DNA of 64,000 bases, taken from the NCBI GenBank assembly GCA_017474235.1, contig JAFVIB010000002.1:70445-134444 (forward strand), in the 5' to 3' direction. The notes under the pieces were generated by a model, which was not told where the DNA came from, did not search any database, and was given only the letters and a program-made list of their open reading frames with translations. Position numbers and translations under genes: made by a program. How positions within the stretch are numbered: position 1 is the first letter of the stretch; each line of letters opens with the position of its first letter. Shown here piece by piece: positions 9,844 through 19,271 of the stretch. This DNA comes from Alistipes sp. Lineage in GTDB: Bacteria > Bacteroidota > Bacteroidia > Bacteroidales > Rikenellaceae.

Positions 9844-9874
9844 TTTGTGGTTTGAAAAACTTTTACTACCTTTG
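9844..9874 (+). promoter_or_regulatory. rpsF operon promoter (-33 TTTG, -7 TACCTTTG)
   Basis: TTTG at 9844-9847 and TACCTTTG at 9867-9874, 19-nt spacer. Confidence 0.7.
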
Positions 9875-9912
9875 CCCCGCTATTGTAGCAAATAACTAAA
9901 AATTAAAACATT

Positions 9913-10260
9913 ATGAACAATTACGAAACCGTTTTCATTGTCACTCCCGTGCTCTCTGAGGCTCAGGTAGCTGAGGTTGCTGACAAATTCCAGGGCGTTA
10001 TCACCGAGAACGGCGGATCTATTGTGAATGTGGAGAACTGGGGCTTGCGTAAGCTCGCTTATCCTATTCAGAAGAAGTCCACCGGTTTCTACTTCCTGGT
10101 AGAGTTCACCGGCGAGGGTTCGATTATCAACACTCTCGAGACCCAGTATCGTCGTGACGAGCGAATTATCCGATTCTTAACTTTCAAGCAGGACAAGTAC
10201 GCTAAGGAGTACGCTGACCGTCGCCGTGCTAAGCTTGCTAACAAAAACACAGAGGAGTAA
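9913..10260 (+). CDS. rpsF: 30S ribosomal protein S6
   Basis: [12 protein letters not shown]...[13 protein letters not shown]. Confidence 0.98.
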   Translation: MNNYETVFIVTPVLSEAQVAEVADKFQGVITENGGSIVNVENWGLRKLAYPIQKKSTGFYFLVEFTGEGSIINTLETQYRRDERIIRFLTFKQDKYAKEYADRRRAKLANKNTEE

Positions 10261-10263
10261 ACT

Positions 10264-10542
10264 ATGGCACAGGATGTAAACCAGGCAGGTGAGCTGCGTT
10301 ACCTCAACCCAGTATCGGTTGATGTAAAGAAGAAGAAGTATTGCCGTTTCAAGAAGCTCGGCATCAAGTATGTTGATTATAAGGATGGCGAATTTTTGAA
10401 GAAGTTCCTCAACGAGCAGGGTAAGATTCTCCCTCGTCGTCTTACAGGTACTTCACAGAAGTTCCAGAAGAAGGTTGCTCAGGCTGTTAAGCGTGCGCGT
10501 CACCTCGCAATTCTGCCATTCGTAACCGATTGTATGAAATAA
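10264..10542 (+). CDS. rpsR: 30S ribosomal protein S18
   Basis: KYVDYKD...[10 protein letters not shown]...[13 protein letters not shown]. Confidence 0.98.
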   Translation: MAQDVNQAGELRYLNPVSVDVKKKKYCRFKKLGIKYVDYKDGEFLKKFLNEQGKILPRRLTGTSQKFQKKVAQAVKRARHLAILPFVTDCMK

Positions 10543-10555
10543 GGAGGAGGCTACT

Positions 10556-10996
10556 ATGGAGATTATTTTGATTAAGGATGTAGAGAATTTGGGCTACGCT
10601 AACGACATTGTAAATGTTCGTCCCGGCTATGCTAACAACTACCTGATTCCACAGGGCTTCGCTAAGGCTGCTACCGCTTCTGCAAAGAAGGTATTGGCTG
10701 AGAACCTCCGTCAGCGTGCTCACAAGGACGCTAAGATTCTTGCTGATGCTCAGGCATTGGCTGCAACCCTTGAGAACTTGAACCTCACTTTTGCTGTTAA
10801 GGCTGAGGAGGGTCGTATCTTCGGTGCTATCACCTCTGCTGATGTTGCTGAGGCACTTGCTGCTAAGGGCGTTGAGGTTGATAAGAAGAATATCTCTGTT
10901 GAGGGTATCAAGACTGTTGGCGAGTACAAGGCTACTGTTAAGCTTCACCGTGAGGTAAAGGCTGAGGTTGCTCTTACTGTAACAGCTGAGGAGTAA
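10556..10996 (+). CDS. rplI: 50S ribosomal protein L9
   Basis: MEIILIKDVENLG...VRPGYANNYLIPQG. Confidence 0.98.
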   Translation: MEIILIKDVENLGYANDIVNVRPGYANNYLIPQGFAKAATASAKKVLAENLRQRAHKDAKILADAQALAATLENLNLTFAVKAEEGRIFGAITSADVAEALAAKGVEVDKKNISVEGIKTVGEYKATVKLHREVKAEVALTVTAEE

Positions 10997-11185
10997 AAAT
11001 TATTTGACGCAGCTACTATAAGCTGCTACCCTAAAAAATCAGCAATGGGCTATACGAGAGTATAGTCCATTGCTGATTTTTTAGCGCAAGTAATGTCTAT
11101 TTTGGTAGATATGGGCAAATTGATGGCAAATCGCAAAAAAATTACTATCTTTGCACTATATTGACGAAATGTGCGTTTCTTTAGT

Positions 11186-11539
11186 ATGAATATATTGAGT
11201 ACACTTATTGATATTATCCGTCGCAATCCGCTTACCACAGTGTTGATTGTAATGCTTATTGTTGCAGCTCCCGGGGTGTTGGGGGTATTTGCTCTATTTC
11301 TGCTTATTCCGATAATATCTCTTCTTATTGGTTGGATAATGATACAGTATCGTGTCCGCAAGGTGAAGAAGAGCATGGAGGAGCAGTTGCGTAACCACGC
11401 CGAGAGGGAGGGTCAGCGCACTACAGGCTCTACAAAGGGGGAGGGAAAGGTTACTGTACACATTCCGCCGCAGGAGCAGAAGGTAAGTGATGATGTTGGC
11501 GAGTATGTCTCTTTTAAGGAGATTAAGGAGGATAAATAG
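11186..11539 (+). CDS. DUF4834-like small membrane protein
   Basis: Two N-terminal hydrophobic segments and a C-terminal 'KVSDDVGEYVSFKE' tail; ATG at 11186 preferred to the GTG at 11171; TATCTTTG box at 11146-11153. Confidence 0.65.
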   Translation: MNILSTLIDIIRRNPLTTVLIVMLIVAAPGVLGVFALFLLIPIISLLIGWIMIQYRVRKVKKSMEEQLRNHAEREGQRTTGSTKGEGKVTVHIPPQEQKVSDDVGEYVSFKEIKEDK

Positions 11540-11567
11540 TAGATTATAAGGTCGAAAGTTTGCGGAT

Positions 11568-12302
11568 ATGAAGTTTTTAGCTGCGCTGGGGCGTTATGTA
11601 ATGTTGATGGGCAAGGTCTTTTCGCGCCCTGAGAAGTGTAGTATATACTACCGTCGAGTTATTGTAGAGCTTGACCAGCTTGGCGTGGGCTCAATACCTT
11701 TGACTGCGATAATATCTGTATTTATCGGTGCAGTAATCACTATTCAGATGGCAATTACCCTTGAGTCGCCATTTATTCCGCAGATGATGATTGGTTATGC
11801 CACAAAGGAGACTATGATTCTCGAGTTCTCATCGACAGTTATCGCCATTATTCTTGCCGGCAAGGTGGGTAGTAATATCGCCTCGGAGATTGGTACTATG
11901 CGCATTACCGAGCAGATAGATGCCCTTGAGATTATGGGCGTAAACTCTGCGGCATACCTTATTCAGCCGAAGATTATCGCAACGATGATTTTCTTCCCAT
12001 TCTTGGCAGCTTTCAGTATGATTGTGGGTATTTTGGGTGGCTATATGGTGGCGCGTATGGGCGTTATGATTCCTAACGACTTTATTGACGGATTGCTCTA
12101 CTACTTTGATAGTTATGAGATATTCTACTCGTTGGTAAAGATGACCGTCTTTGCATTCCTTATAACCTCTATTTCTGGTTTCTATGGCTACTATGCAAAG
12201 GGAAACTCTCTTGAGGTAGGTAAGGCTTCAACTACTGCGGTGGTTGTCAGCTCAATTATGATTATGCTCTTTAACCTTCTATTAACCCAGTTGATGCGAT
12301 GA
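11568..12302 (+). CDS. mlaE: MlaE-family ABC permease
   Basis: GKVGSNIASEIGTMRITEQIDALEIMG motif. Confidence 0.92.
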   Translation: MKFLAALGRYVMLMGKVFSRPEKCSIYYRRVIVELDQLGVGSIPLTAIISVFIGAVITIQMAITLESPFIPQMMIGYATKETMILEFSSTVIAIILAGKVGSNIASEIGTMRITEQIDALEIMGVNSAAYLIQPKIIATMIFFPFLAAFSMIVGILGGYMVARMGVMIPNDFIDGLLYYFDSYEIFYSLVKMTVFAFLITSISGFYGYYAKGNSLEVGKASTTAVVVSSIMIMLFNLLLTQLMR

Positions 12303-13054
12303 TTAAGTGTGAGAATATATTTAAGTCGTTTGATGGTCGTACGGTACTCAACGATATATCGGTAACATTCGATACCGGTAAGACTAACCTTATCATCGGT
12401 CGTAGTGGCTCGGGAAAGACGGTGCTGCTTAAGACTCTTGTCGGGCTGCACGAGCCTGATAGTGGAGAGATATTTTTTGATGATATCTGCTATACGAAGC
12501 TCGGCTTTAAGGAGCGTAAGGCTATCCGCAAGGATATAGGTATGATTTTTCAGGGTGGCGCACTTATAGATGCTTCGACTGTATATGAGAATGTCAAACT
12601 GCCACTTGACCTGTTTACAGAGCAGAGTGAGGCGGAGAAGCGCGAAAGGGTAGAGTTCTGCCTTGAGCGTGTTGAACTCTCTCACGCTCCGCACCTCTAT
12701 CCGTCAGAGCTGTCGGGTGGTATGATTAAGCGTGCAGCTATCGCTCGCGCTATTGTACTCAATCCTCGCTACCTCTTCTGTGACGAGCCGAACTCGGGTC
12801 TTGACCCGCAGACCTCTATCGTTATCGACAACCTTATTCAGAGCATCACCCGCGAGTATAATATCACTACCATTATCAATACCCACGATATGAACTCTGT
12901 GATGGAGATTGGCGAGAAGATTGTCTATATCCATACCGGTTATAAGTGGTGGGAGGGCACTAAGGAAGATATTCTTAATGCTGACAATCAAGAGCTTAAT
13001 GACTTTGTCTTTGCGTCAGCGATGGCAAAACGCGCAAAAAATAATCTATTGTAG
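12299..13054 (+). CDS. mlaF: MlaF-family ABC ATPase
   Basis: Walker A GRSGSGKT, LSGGM signature, LFCDEPNSGLDP; ATGA overlap with mlaE. Confidence 0.92.
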   Translation: MIKCENIFKSFDGRTVLNDISVTFDTGKTNLIIGRSGSGKTVLLKTLVGLHEPDSGEIFFDDICYTKLGFKERKAIRKDIGMIFQGGALIDASTVYENVKLPLDLFTEQSEAEKRERVEFCLERVELSHAPHLYPSELSGGMIKRAAIARAIVLNPRYLFCDEPNSGLDPQTSIVIDNLIQSITREYNITTIINTHDMNSVMEIGEKIVYIHTGYKWWEGTKEDILNADNQELNDFVFASAMAKRAKNNLL

Positions 13055-13083
13055 CAGCAAAACAGTAGAAACTGTGATATGTA

Positions 13084-13277
13084 AGAGTCTGTTTTGAATT
13101 TTATTAAACGAGTTAGTCCGTTGCTCTGAAGATTAGTTTCGGCTTCTTTGAGGCTATTTCTTGCATCTTTTGACTTGTGAAATTTGAAAATAGCCCGCTA
13201 TTATCTGCTTTCCCCAAGTCAAAATCTACATAAAAATAGCTCTCAAATAATCTCGAAATAAAATTCAAACAGACTCT
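13084..13277. repeat. ~194-bp nested inverted repeat (foldback)
   Basis: AGAGTCTGTTTTGAATTTTATT (13084-13105) pairs with AATAAAATTCAAACAGACTCT (13257-13277); inner pairs at 13147-13159/13234-13247 and 13168-13176/13216-13224. Confidence 0.75.
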
Positions 13278-13322
13278 AAGAAGTAATATAAAAATGGCTA
13301 TCTTTGTAGAAAATATCAAACT

Positions 13323-15140
13323 ATGAAGAGGCTTTTACTACTACTTACTGCAATCTTTTCTATTCTAACAGCCGCTGCGCAGAGTGAAAATTCGATAATC
13401 ATTGACCAGAACTCTCTGCGTGCAGTGCAGTCAGATGCCCTTACAGGTGTAAATATCGACCCGATAGGCGAGGACTCGTCGCGCCGTCCGTGTGCCCGTA
13501 TTAAGGTCAGAATTAACAGAATGACTCGCGAGGAGATTGACCAAATCGAGCTTAAAATCGTCACCAATAACGAACTTCGCAAGTGCAAAACTGCCGATTA
13601 TGATAATGGACTGATTATCGAGATGACGGCAAAGTCTGCAACCCGTTTCTACTTTAACCATCCCGAGTTTGGAGAGTCAAATGAGGTTACGCTCAACCTT
13701 GAACCTAACAAGGAGTACTATATGGAGGCGAGCCTTAACCAAACCTACTCTATTGTTGTCAATAGTAATGTTGAGGGGGCTGATATATATCTTGACAACA
13801 ACTTCAAGGGTCGTACCGACTCAAACTTTAGCCTTACGGTGAAGGAGGTTTTGGTAGGTCCTCATACACTGAAGGTTACCTATGGCGGAATTGAGCACGA
13901 GCAGAATATCGATGTCAATAGTAGCAATATCTCTTTCCGACAGATGGTAAATACAAAAGCCTCTGAGCCTCAATTTGTAGTATTTGTTGTAGAGCCGAGC
14001 AGTGCTGTCGTGTTGATTGACAATCAGCCATATTCATTGCAGGATGGAGCTATGCAGGTGGTACTTGACTGCGGAACATATAATTATACGGTCACTGCAG
14101 CGGGCTATCATCCTCAAAGTGGAACATTCTCTGTGGCAGGCGAAAAGGTAGAGAAGAAAATATCCCTTACAGCCGATACTGCTACCGTATCACTCACAGC
14201 TCCGGATAATGCCGAGATATGGGTGAATGGCTCAAAGAGGGGTGTAGGCTCTTGGCAAGGAACACTCACCTGCGGTACATACATCTTTGAGGCTCGCAAG
14301 GATGGGCACGAGAGCGGTAAACTATCACGACAAATCACAGCAGGTGGTACAACGCAGAGATATGAGCTGCCTGCGCCTACTCCGATTGTAGGCTCACTGC
14401 TTGTCTCGGGTGTGCCTATTACAGCCGATGTCGCGCTTGATGGTAAAGCTGTCGGTACTATACCTCTCAAGTTGAGCGATGTACTGATAGGCAAACACAC
14501 ACTGACTGTCTCAAAGAGCGGTTATCAGACAGATAAACAGACTATAACCATCACCAAAGGCGAGACCGCTGTGGTTAATGTTTCGCTTGTAAAGCAGACA
14601 GCCTCAACTCCGACTCCAAAGCCTGCAACGACCACTTCAACTCCGACGCCAAAACCTGCGGTAAAGAAATCTTATGCTATCGGAGACCTTGTGACTGTTG
14701 ATGGCGTGCAGGGCATTGTTTTCCAAATATCACCACAGGTAAAAATCGTCTCTGTGGCAGAGGGTAGAGCAAAGTGGAGTACAGGTCATTGGGGTTCAAA
14801 GCCTATAGATAGAGGTAGTGGTCGTAATAATCTGAATATGATACAAAAAGCCTCTACGAGCTGGGGTAAGATGTACCCTGCCTTCAAGTGGTGTGCAGAC
14901 TTGGGTAGCGGTTGGTATCTGCCGGCTCAGGCAGAGCTTAAGGCTGTTTATAACCAAAGGGCAGCGATAAACAATACACTCAAGGCAAACGGTATGGCTA
15001 CTTTAGGCACATCGAGAATTTGGACCTCTACCGGATATGATAGCGTTAATGCATATTGTGTTGCTTTTTCGGATGGCTGGAGCAGCCACTATAACAGAAT
15101 GACTACATACGCCGTTAGAGCAGTAAAAGTTATAGAGTAA
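13323..15140 (+). CDS. Secreted multi-PEGA-domain protein with C-terminal DUF1566/C-type-lectin-like domain
   Basis: Signal peptide; repeated PEGA motifs (NVEGADIYLD, PDNAEIWVNG, PITADVALDG); Pro/Thr linker; WYLPAQAEL...IWTST...VRAV tail; TATCTTTG box at 13299-13306. Confidence 0.8.
   Translation: MKRLLLLLTAIFSILTAAAQSENSIIIDQNSLRAVQSDALTGVNIDPIGEDSSRRPCARIKVRINRMTREEIDQIELKIVTNNELRKCKTADYDNGLIIEMTAKSATRFYFNHPEFGESNEVTLNLEPNKEYYMEASLNQTYSIVVNSNVEGADIYLDNNFKGRTDSNFSLTVKEVLVGPHTLKVTYGGIEHEQNIDVNSSNISFRQMVNTKASEPQFVVFVVEPSSAVVLIDNQPYSLQDGAMQVVLDCGTYNYTVTAAGYHPQSGTFSVAGEKVEKKISLTADTATVSLTAPDNAEIWVNGSKRGVGSWQGTLTCGTYIFEARKDGHESGKLSRQITAGGTTQRYELPAPTPIVGSLLVSGVPITADVALDGKAVGTIPLKLSDVLIGKHTLTVSKSGYQTDKQTITITKGETAVVNVSLVKQTASTPTPKPATTTSTPTPKPAVKKSYAIGDLVTVDGVQGIVFQISPQVKIVSVAEGRAKWSTGHWGSKPIDRGSGRNNLNMIQKASTSWGKMYPAFKWCADLGSGWYLPAQAELKAVYNQRAAINNTLKANGMATLGTSRIWTSTGYDSVNAYCVAFSDGWSSHYNRMTTYAVRAVKVIE
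14604..14659 (+). repeat. 33-nt-period tandem repeat encoding STPTPKPA twice
   Basis: TCAACTCCGAC(T/G)CCAAA(G/A)CCTGC at 14604 and 14637. Confidence 0.8.
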
Positions 15141-15212
15141 CGGGGATTGATAACCGCCAAAAGCCTTTGACTGCTAAAAGCTCTATTTTGCGCTAAAAAA
15201 ATGGAGAAAAAC

Positions 15213-15243
15213 TTTGTAGTTTAGCGCGAAATTTGTAATTTTG
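15213..15243 (+). promoter_or_regulatory. gap promoter (-33 TTTG, -7 TAATTTTG)
   Basis: TTTG at 15213-15216 and TAATTTTG at 15236-15243, 19-nt spacer. Confidence 0.65.
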
Positions 15244-15291
15244 TGGCGATATTTGCAAACGAGAGAAAAGTTTCATTTTTATTAACTATAA

Positions 15292-16320
<1,029 letters not shown>

Positions 16321-16321
16321 T

Positions 16322-16447
16322 ATTTGTTGTGATAATGTGCCATCTATGGCACATCCCTTAAATAGCAGTCGCGGCTGTACGCTTTAGTACTATCCGCGAC
16401 TGCTCTTTTTTACGATGTACCATACATAGCACATTCTGACAACAAAT
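16322..16447. repeat. 126-bp palindromic element, full unit
   Basis: Arms ATTTGTTGTGATAATGTGC / GCACATTCTGACAACAAAT; centre GCAGTCGCGGCTGTAC-GCTTTA-GTACTATCCGCGACTGC; begins 2 nt after the gap stop. Confidence 0.8.
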
Positions 16448-16557
16448 CTGCTTGCAAGTACTATCCAACGCCATCACCTTTTGTCGTTTTTTACGCTTTG
16501 TATGCACAATCACAGAAAATTTTTGTAACTTTGTGTAAGAAAAGTGGTTGATGAGCT

Positions 16558-18435
16558 ATGGTTGATAACTACACCCAACAGATAGACAAGAGTATCGGAG
16601 CTCTGTTTGACAGTATTTCGCAGCGATTTTCGGCGGATGATATGGTGCGCATTGAGCGTGCTTACCTGCTTGCAGCAGAGGCTCATTCGGATCAGCGACG
16701 AAAGAGTGGCGAGCCATATATTATCCATCCTATTGCGGTAGCACGAATTATCGCTGAGGAGTTGGAGCTTGGTGCCAATCCTATTATTGCGGCATTTCTG
16801 CACGATGTGGTCGAGGATACCGACTACACAATCGAGCAGATTCGTGAGCGTTTTGGCGATGATGTAGCCTTTTTGGTGGCTGCGGTGACAAAGCAGAAGA
16901 AGGCGAAGTATCAGCACTCAAAGCAGGTGGATAATTTCCGTCAGATTCTCGAATCTGTAAGTTTTGATATTCACGCTCTGCTCATCAAACTTGCCGACCG
17001 ATTGCATAATATGCGAACTCTGAACAGTATGCGCTCGGATAAGCAGATGAAGATTGCCGGCGAGACCGACTACTTCTATGCACCTCTTGCAAACCGTTTG
17101 GGTCTCTACCATATCAAGAGTGAGTTGGAGAATCTCTCTTTCCGCTACCGCTGTCCGCGTGACTATTCGGAGTTGTCGCAGATGGTGGAGAATGATATTG
17201 AGCAGAAGCGTCCGCATATCGAGGCTTTTATTGCCAAGATGGAGGAGATTTTGACTGCAAAGGGTCTTACTGCCCGTACAGAGGTGCGCTATCGTCGTCC
17301 GTACAGCATCTGGCGTAAGATGCAGGCAAAGCATTGCGATTTTAACCATGTTCCGGGTCGCCACTATATCCGTGTCATCTATCCCGATAGTGACGCCTAT
17401 TCAGAGAAGGAGTACGCGCTCAAGATATATGCAGCCCTGACAGACTACTTCAAGGAACGCCCGGGAAGTGTGTCAAACTATATCAACGCACCAAAGGAGA
17501 ATGGCTACCAATCTTTCCATGTCAAGCTGCTGCGTGAGCAGGGCGTGTGGGAGGAGATACATATCTCTTCTGAGCGAATGGTGCGTAATTCTCGCCTCGG
17601 TTGTGCCGCTGAGCGCACTGAGCAGAATGTCCATAAGTGGTTAGAGAAACTGAAGGCTATTGTGCGTGCCGATGTGTCAATGAGTGGTATTCAATTTATG
17701 GAGGGCGTCACCTCGTCGTTCTATAATGACGATATTATGGTTTTCACTCCAAAGGGTCAGGGTGTCATTCTTCCTAAAAATGCCACAGCTCTCGATTTCG
17801 CCTTTGAAATCCATAGCGATATCGGTCGCCACGCCCACTATGCCCGTATCAATGGTCGCCTATGCTCTGTCAAGACCCAACTTAATCGCGGCGACTGCAT
17901 CGAAATTGGCACAAATGACTCTATCCACCCACAGACAGATTGGTTAGGCTCCGTGCGAACTTTCAAGGCGAAAAAGTTCCTCCACTCCTACCTCGCCTCT
18001 CAGCCAAAGCTCGAGTATATCCGTTGTAAACACTGTCACCCACTGCCTGGTGATGAGGTTGTCGGTTTTAAGAGCGAAGATGGTACTATCACTCTCCATA
18101 AGAGAGGCTGCTCTACCGCTATACGCTTAGCTTCAGAGGAGGGTGATTCTATCGTCAATGACCTTACAACCTTTGAGGAGCGCGAAGATATGCTCTATCC
18201 CGTGCGTATTCGCATCCGCGGTATAGATAGATACCACCTCCTCTCAGACCTTATCTATTGTATCACCGAGCAATTGCAGCTCTCCATGTGTGGACTCTCC
18301 ACCGAAACCGCAGACCATATCGGCGTCTGTACTATCGACTTCGAAATCCACTCCCTCGGCGAACTCGAGGCTGCTCTGCGATCTATTGAGGCTATTGATG
18401 GTGTGGATGAGGTGTCGAGGATAGATATCGAATAA
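16558..18435 (+). CDS. Long RelA/SpoT homologue (HD-SYN-TGS-ZFD-ACT) with probably inactive synthetase
   Basis: RKSGEPYIIHP, LHDVVEDT and KLADRLHNMRTL (HD domain); PKENGYQSFH; TGS 'VFTPKG...ATALDFAFEIHS'; CKHCHPLPGD; ACT-like end. Confidence 0.9.
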   Translation: MVDNYTQQIDKSIGALFDSISQRFSADDMVRIERAYLLAAEAHSDQRRKSGEPYIIHPIAVARIIAEELELGANPIIAAFLHDVVEDTDYTIEQIRERFGDDVAFLVAAVTKQKKAKYQHSKQVDNFRQILESVSFDIHALLIKLADRLHNMRTLNSMRSDKQMKIAGETDYFYAPLANRLGLYHIKSELENLSFRYRCPRDYSELSQMVENDIEQKRPHIEAFIAKMEEILTAKGLTARTEVRYRRPYSIWRKMQAKHCDFNHVPGRHYIRVIYPDSDAYSEKEYALKIYAALTDYFKERPGSVSNYINAPKENGYQSFHVKLLREQGVWEEIHISSERMVRNSRLGCAAERTEQNVHKWLEKLKAIVRADVSMSGIQFMEGVTSSFYNDDIMVFTPKGQGVILPKNATALDFAFEIHSDIGRHAHYARINGRLCSVKTQLNRGDCIEIGTNDSIHPQTDWLGSVRTFKAKKFLHSYLASQPKLEYIRCKHCHPLPGDEVVGFKSEDGTITLHKRGCSTAIRLASEEGDSIVNDLTTFEEREDMLYPVRIRIRGIDRYHLLSDLIYCITEQLQLSMCGLSTETADHIGVCTIDFEIHSLGELEAALRSIEAIDGVDEVSRIDIE

Positions 18436-18712
18436 TTTTATCGTCAAAATGATTTTATCGTGAAAATAGCACAACTACTGCCGCTAACCTTTTTCTCCTC
18501 AATGGGCAGTACAATTCAGTACAGCCCATCGACTCGAAAAACGCCGAGCGTGGTATTTGCACTATTTTGACGATAAAATGGGTGCAAGAAATACGCATAG
18601 TATGTCCCTTCGCGGGTATTTTTGCCGAGCGTGGCATCTACCGCATTTTGACGACAAAATGGTGCAGAGTGTGAGCAGAGTACAACAAAATGGGTGCAAA
18701 CTATGAGCGGAG
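18435..18712. repeat. Mosaic of palindromic elements: full 128-bp unit at 18452-18579, right half-unit at 18588-18660, and arm fragments
   Basis: Arms ATTTTATCGTGAAAATAGCAC / GCACTATTTTGACGATAAAAT; CCGCTA...GGGCAGTAC-AATTCA-GTACAGCCC...GCCGAGCG. Confidence 0.85.
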
Positions 18713-18829
18713 TATTTGACTCCCTAACCCCCTATATAATATAATGACGGCATTGAGTACTGTAGATTTGGAGTTTTCGATTTTTATTTGTAACTTGCAG
18801 TTGATTAGTACAATAATAGGTGTCGGGTT

Positions 18830-19267
18830 ATGAAGAAGTTGTTATATTTATTACTTGGTATCCTTGGTTTTACCGCTTGTGGTGAGGGCGGAGCCGGAGG
18901 TGGTATGATGTGCGAGTATGGTACGCCGACAGCAGATTTTACAGTCAAGGGCAAGGTTACCGATGCAGATGGCAAGCCTATTAAGGGTATTGAAATATCG
19001 TCTAAGGATCTCAGATCATTTATTGATGGCTCGGGCTTGAGTGCCGAGACAGCCGAGGATGGAACATTTGTAACCAATAAAATAAAGGAGTTTGGTGTAG
19101 GTGGCACGCTTGTCTTTACCGATACAGACGGCGAGGCGAATGGCGGAGAGTTTGTGACGCTTGAGAAGCAGATTAGTACTCTTCCGCAGAAGCAGATAAA
19201 GGATGGAGAGAGGTGGTATCGTGGCGAGTATGAGGTTACTGCCGATGTAAAACTTAAAAAGAGGTAG
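18830..19267 (+). CDS. Radical-SAM-associated lipoprotein (TIGR04134-like)
   Basis: Lipobox FTAC, Gly-rich linker, MCEYGTP motif, then a beta-rich domain; two genes upstream of the rSAM/SPASM gene. Confidence 0.85.
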   Translation: MKKLLYLLLGILGFTACGEGGAGGGMMCEYGTPTADFTVKGKVTDADGKPIKGIEISSKDLRSFIDGSGLSAETAEDGTFVTNKIKEFGVGGTLVFTDTDGEANGGEFVTLEKQISTLPQKQIKDGERWYRGEYEVTADVKLKKR

Positions 19268-19271
19268 AGTG

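Noticed and set aside
13084-13277. Invertible promoter (phase variation) for the PEGA gene
   Set aside because: No TAnnTTTG box lies between the inverted repeats on either strand, the apparent promoter is outside them, and no invertase is nearby.
15010-15140. Complete DGR in this window
   Set aside because: No reverse transcriptase, accessory gene or AAC-rich template repeat was found; kept only as a possible remote target.
18455-18637. Short minus-strand ORFs here and at 29670-29945, 29795-30133, 37049-37339 and 56635-56967; two share 'SAKIPAKGHTMRIS'
   Set aside because: The similarity comes from the palindromic repeat DNA; there is no start context or protein signature. Treated as non-coding.
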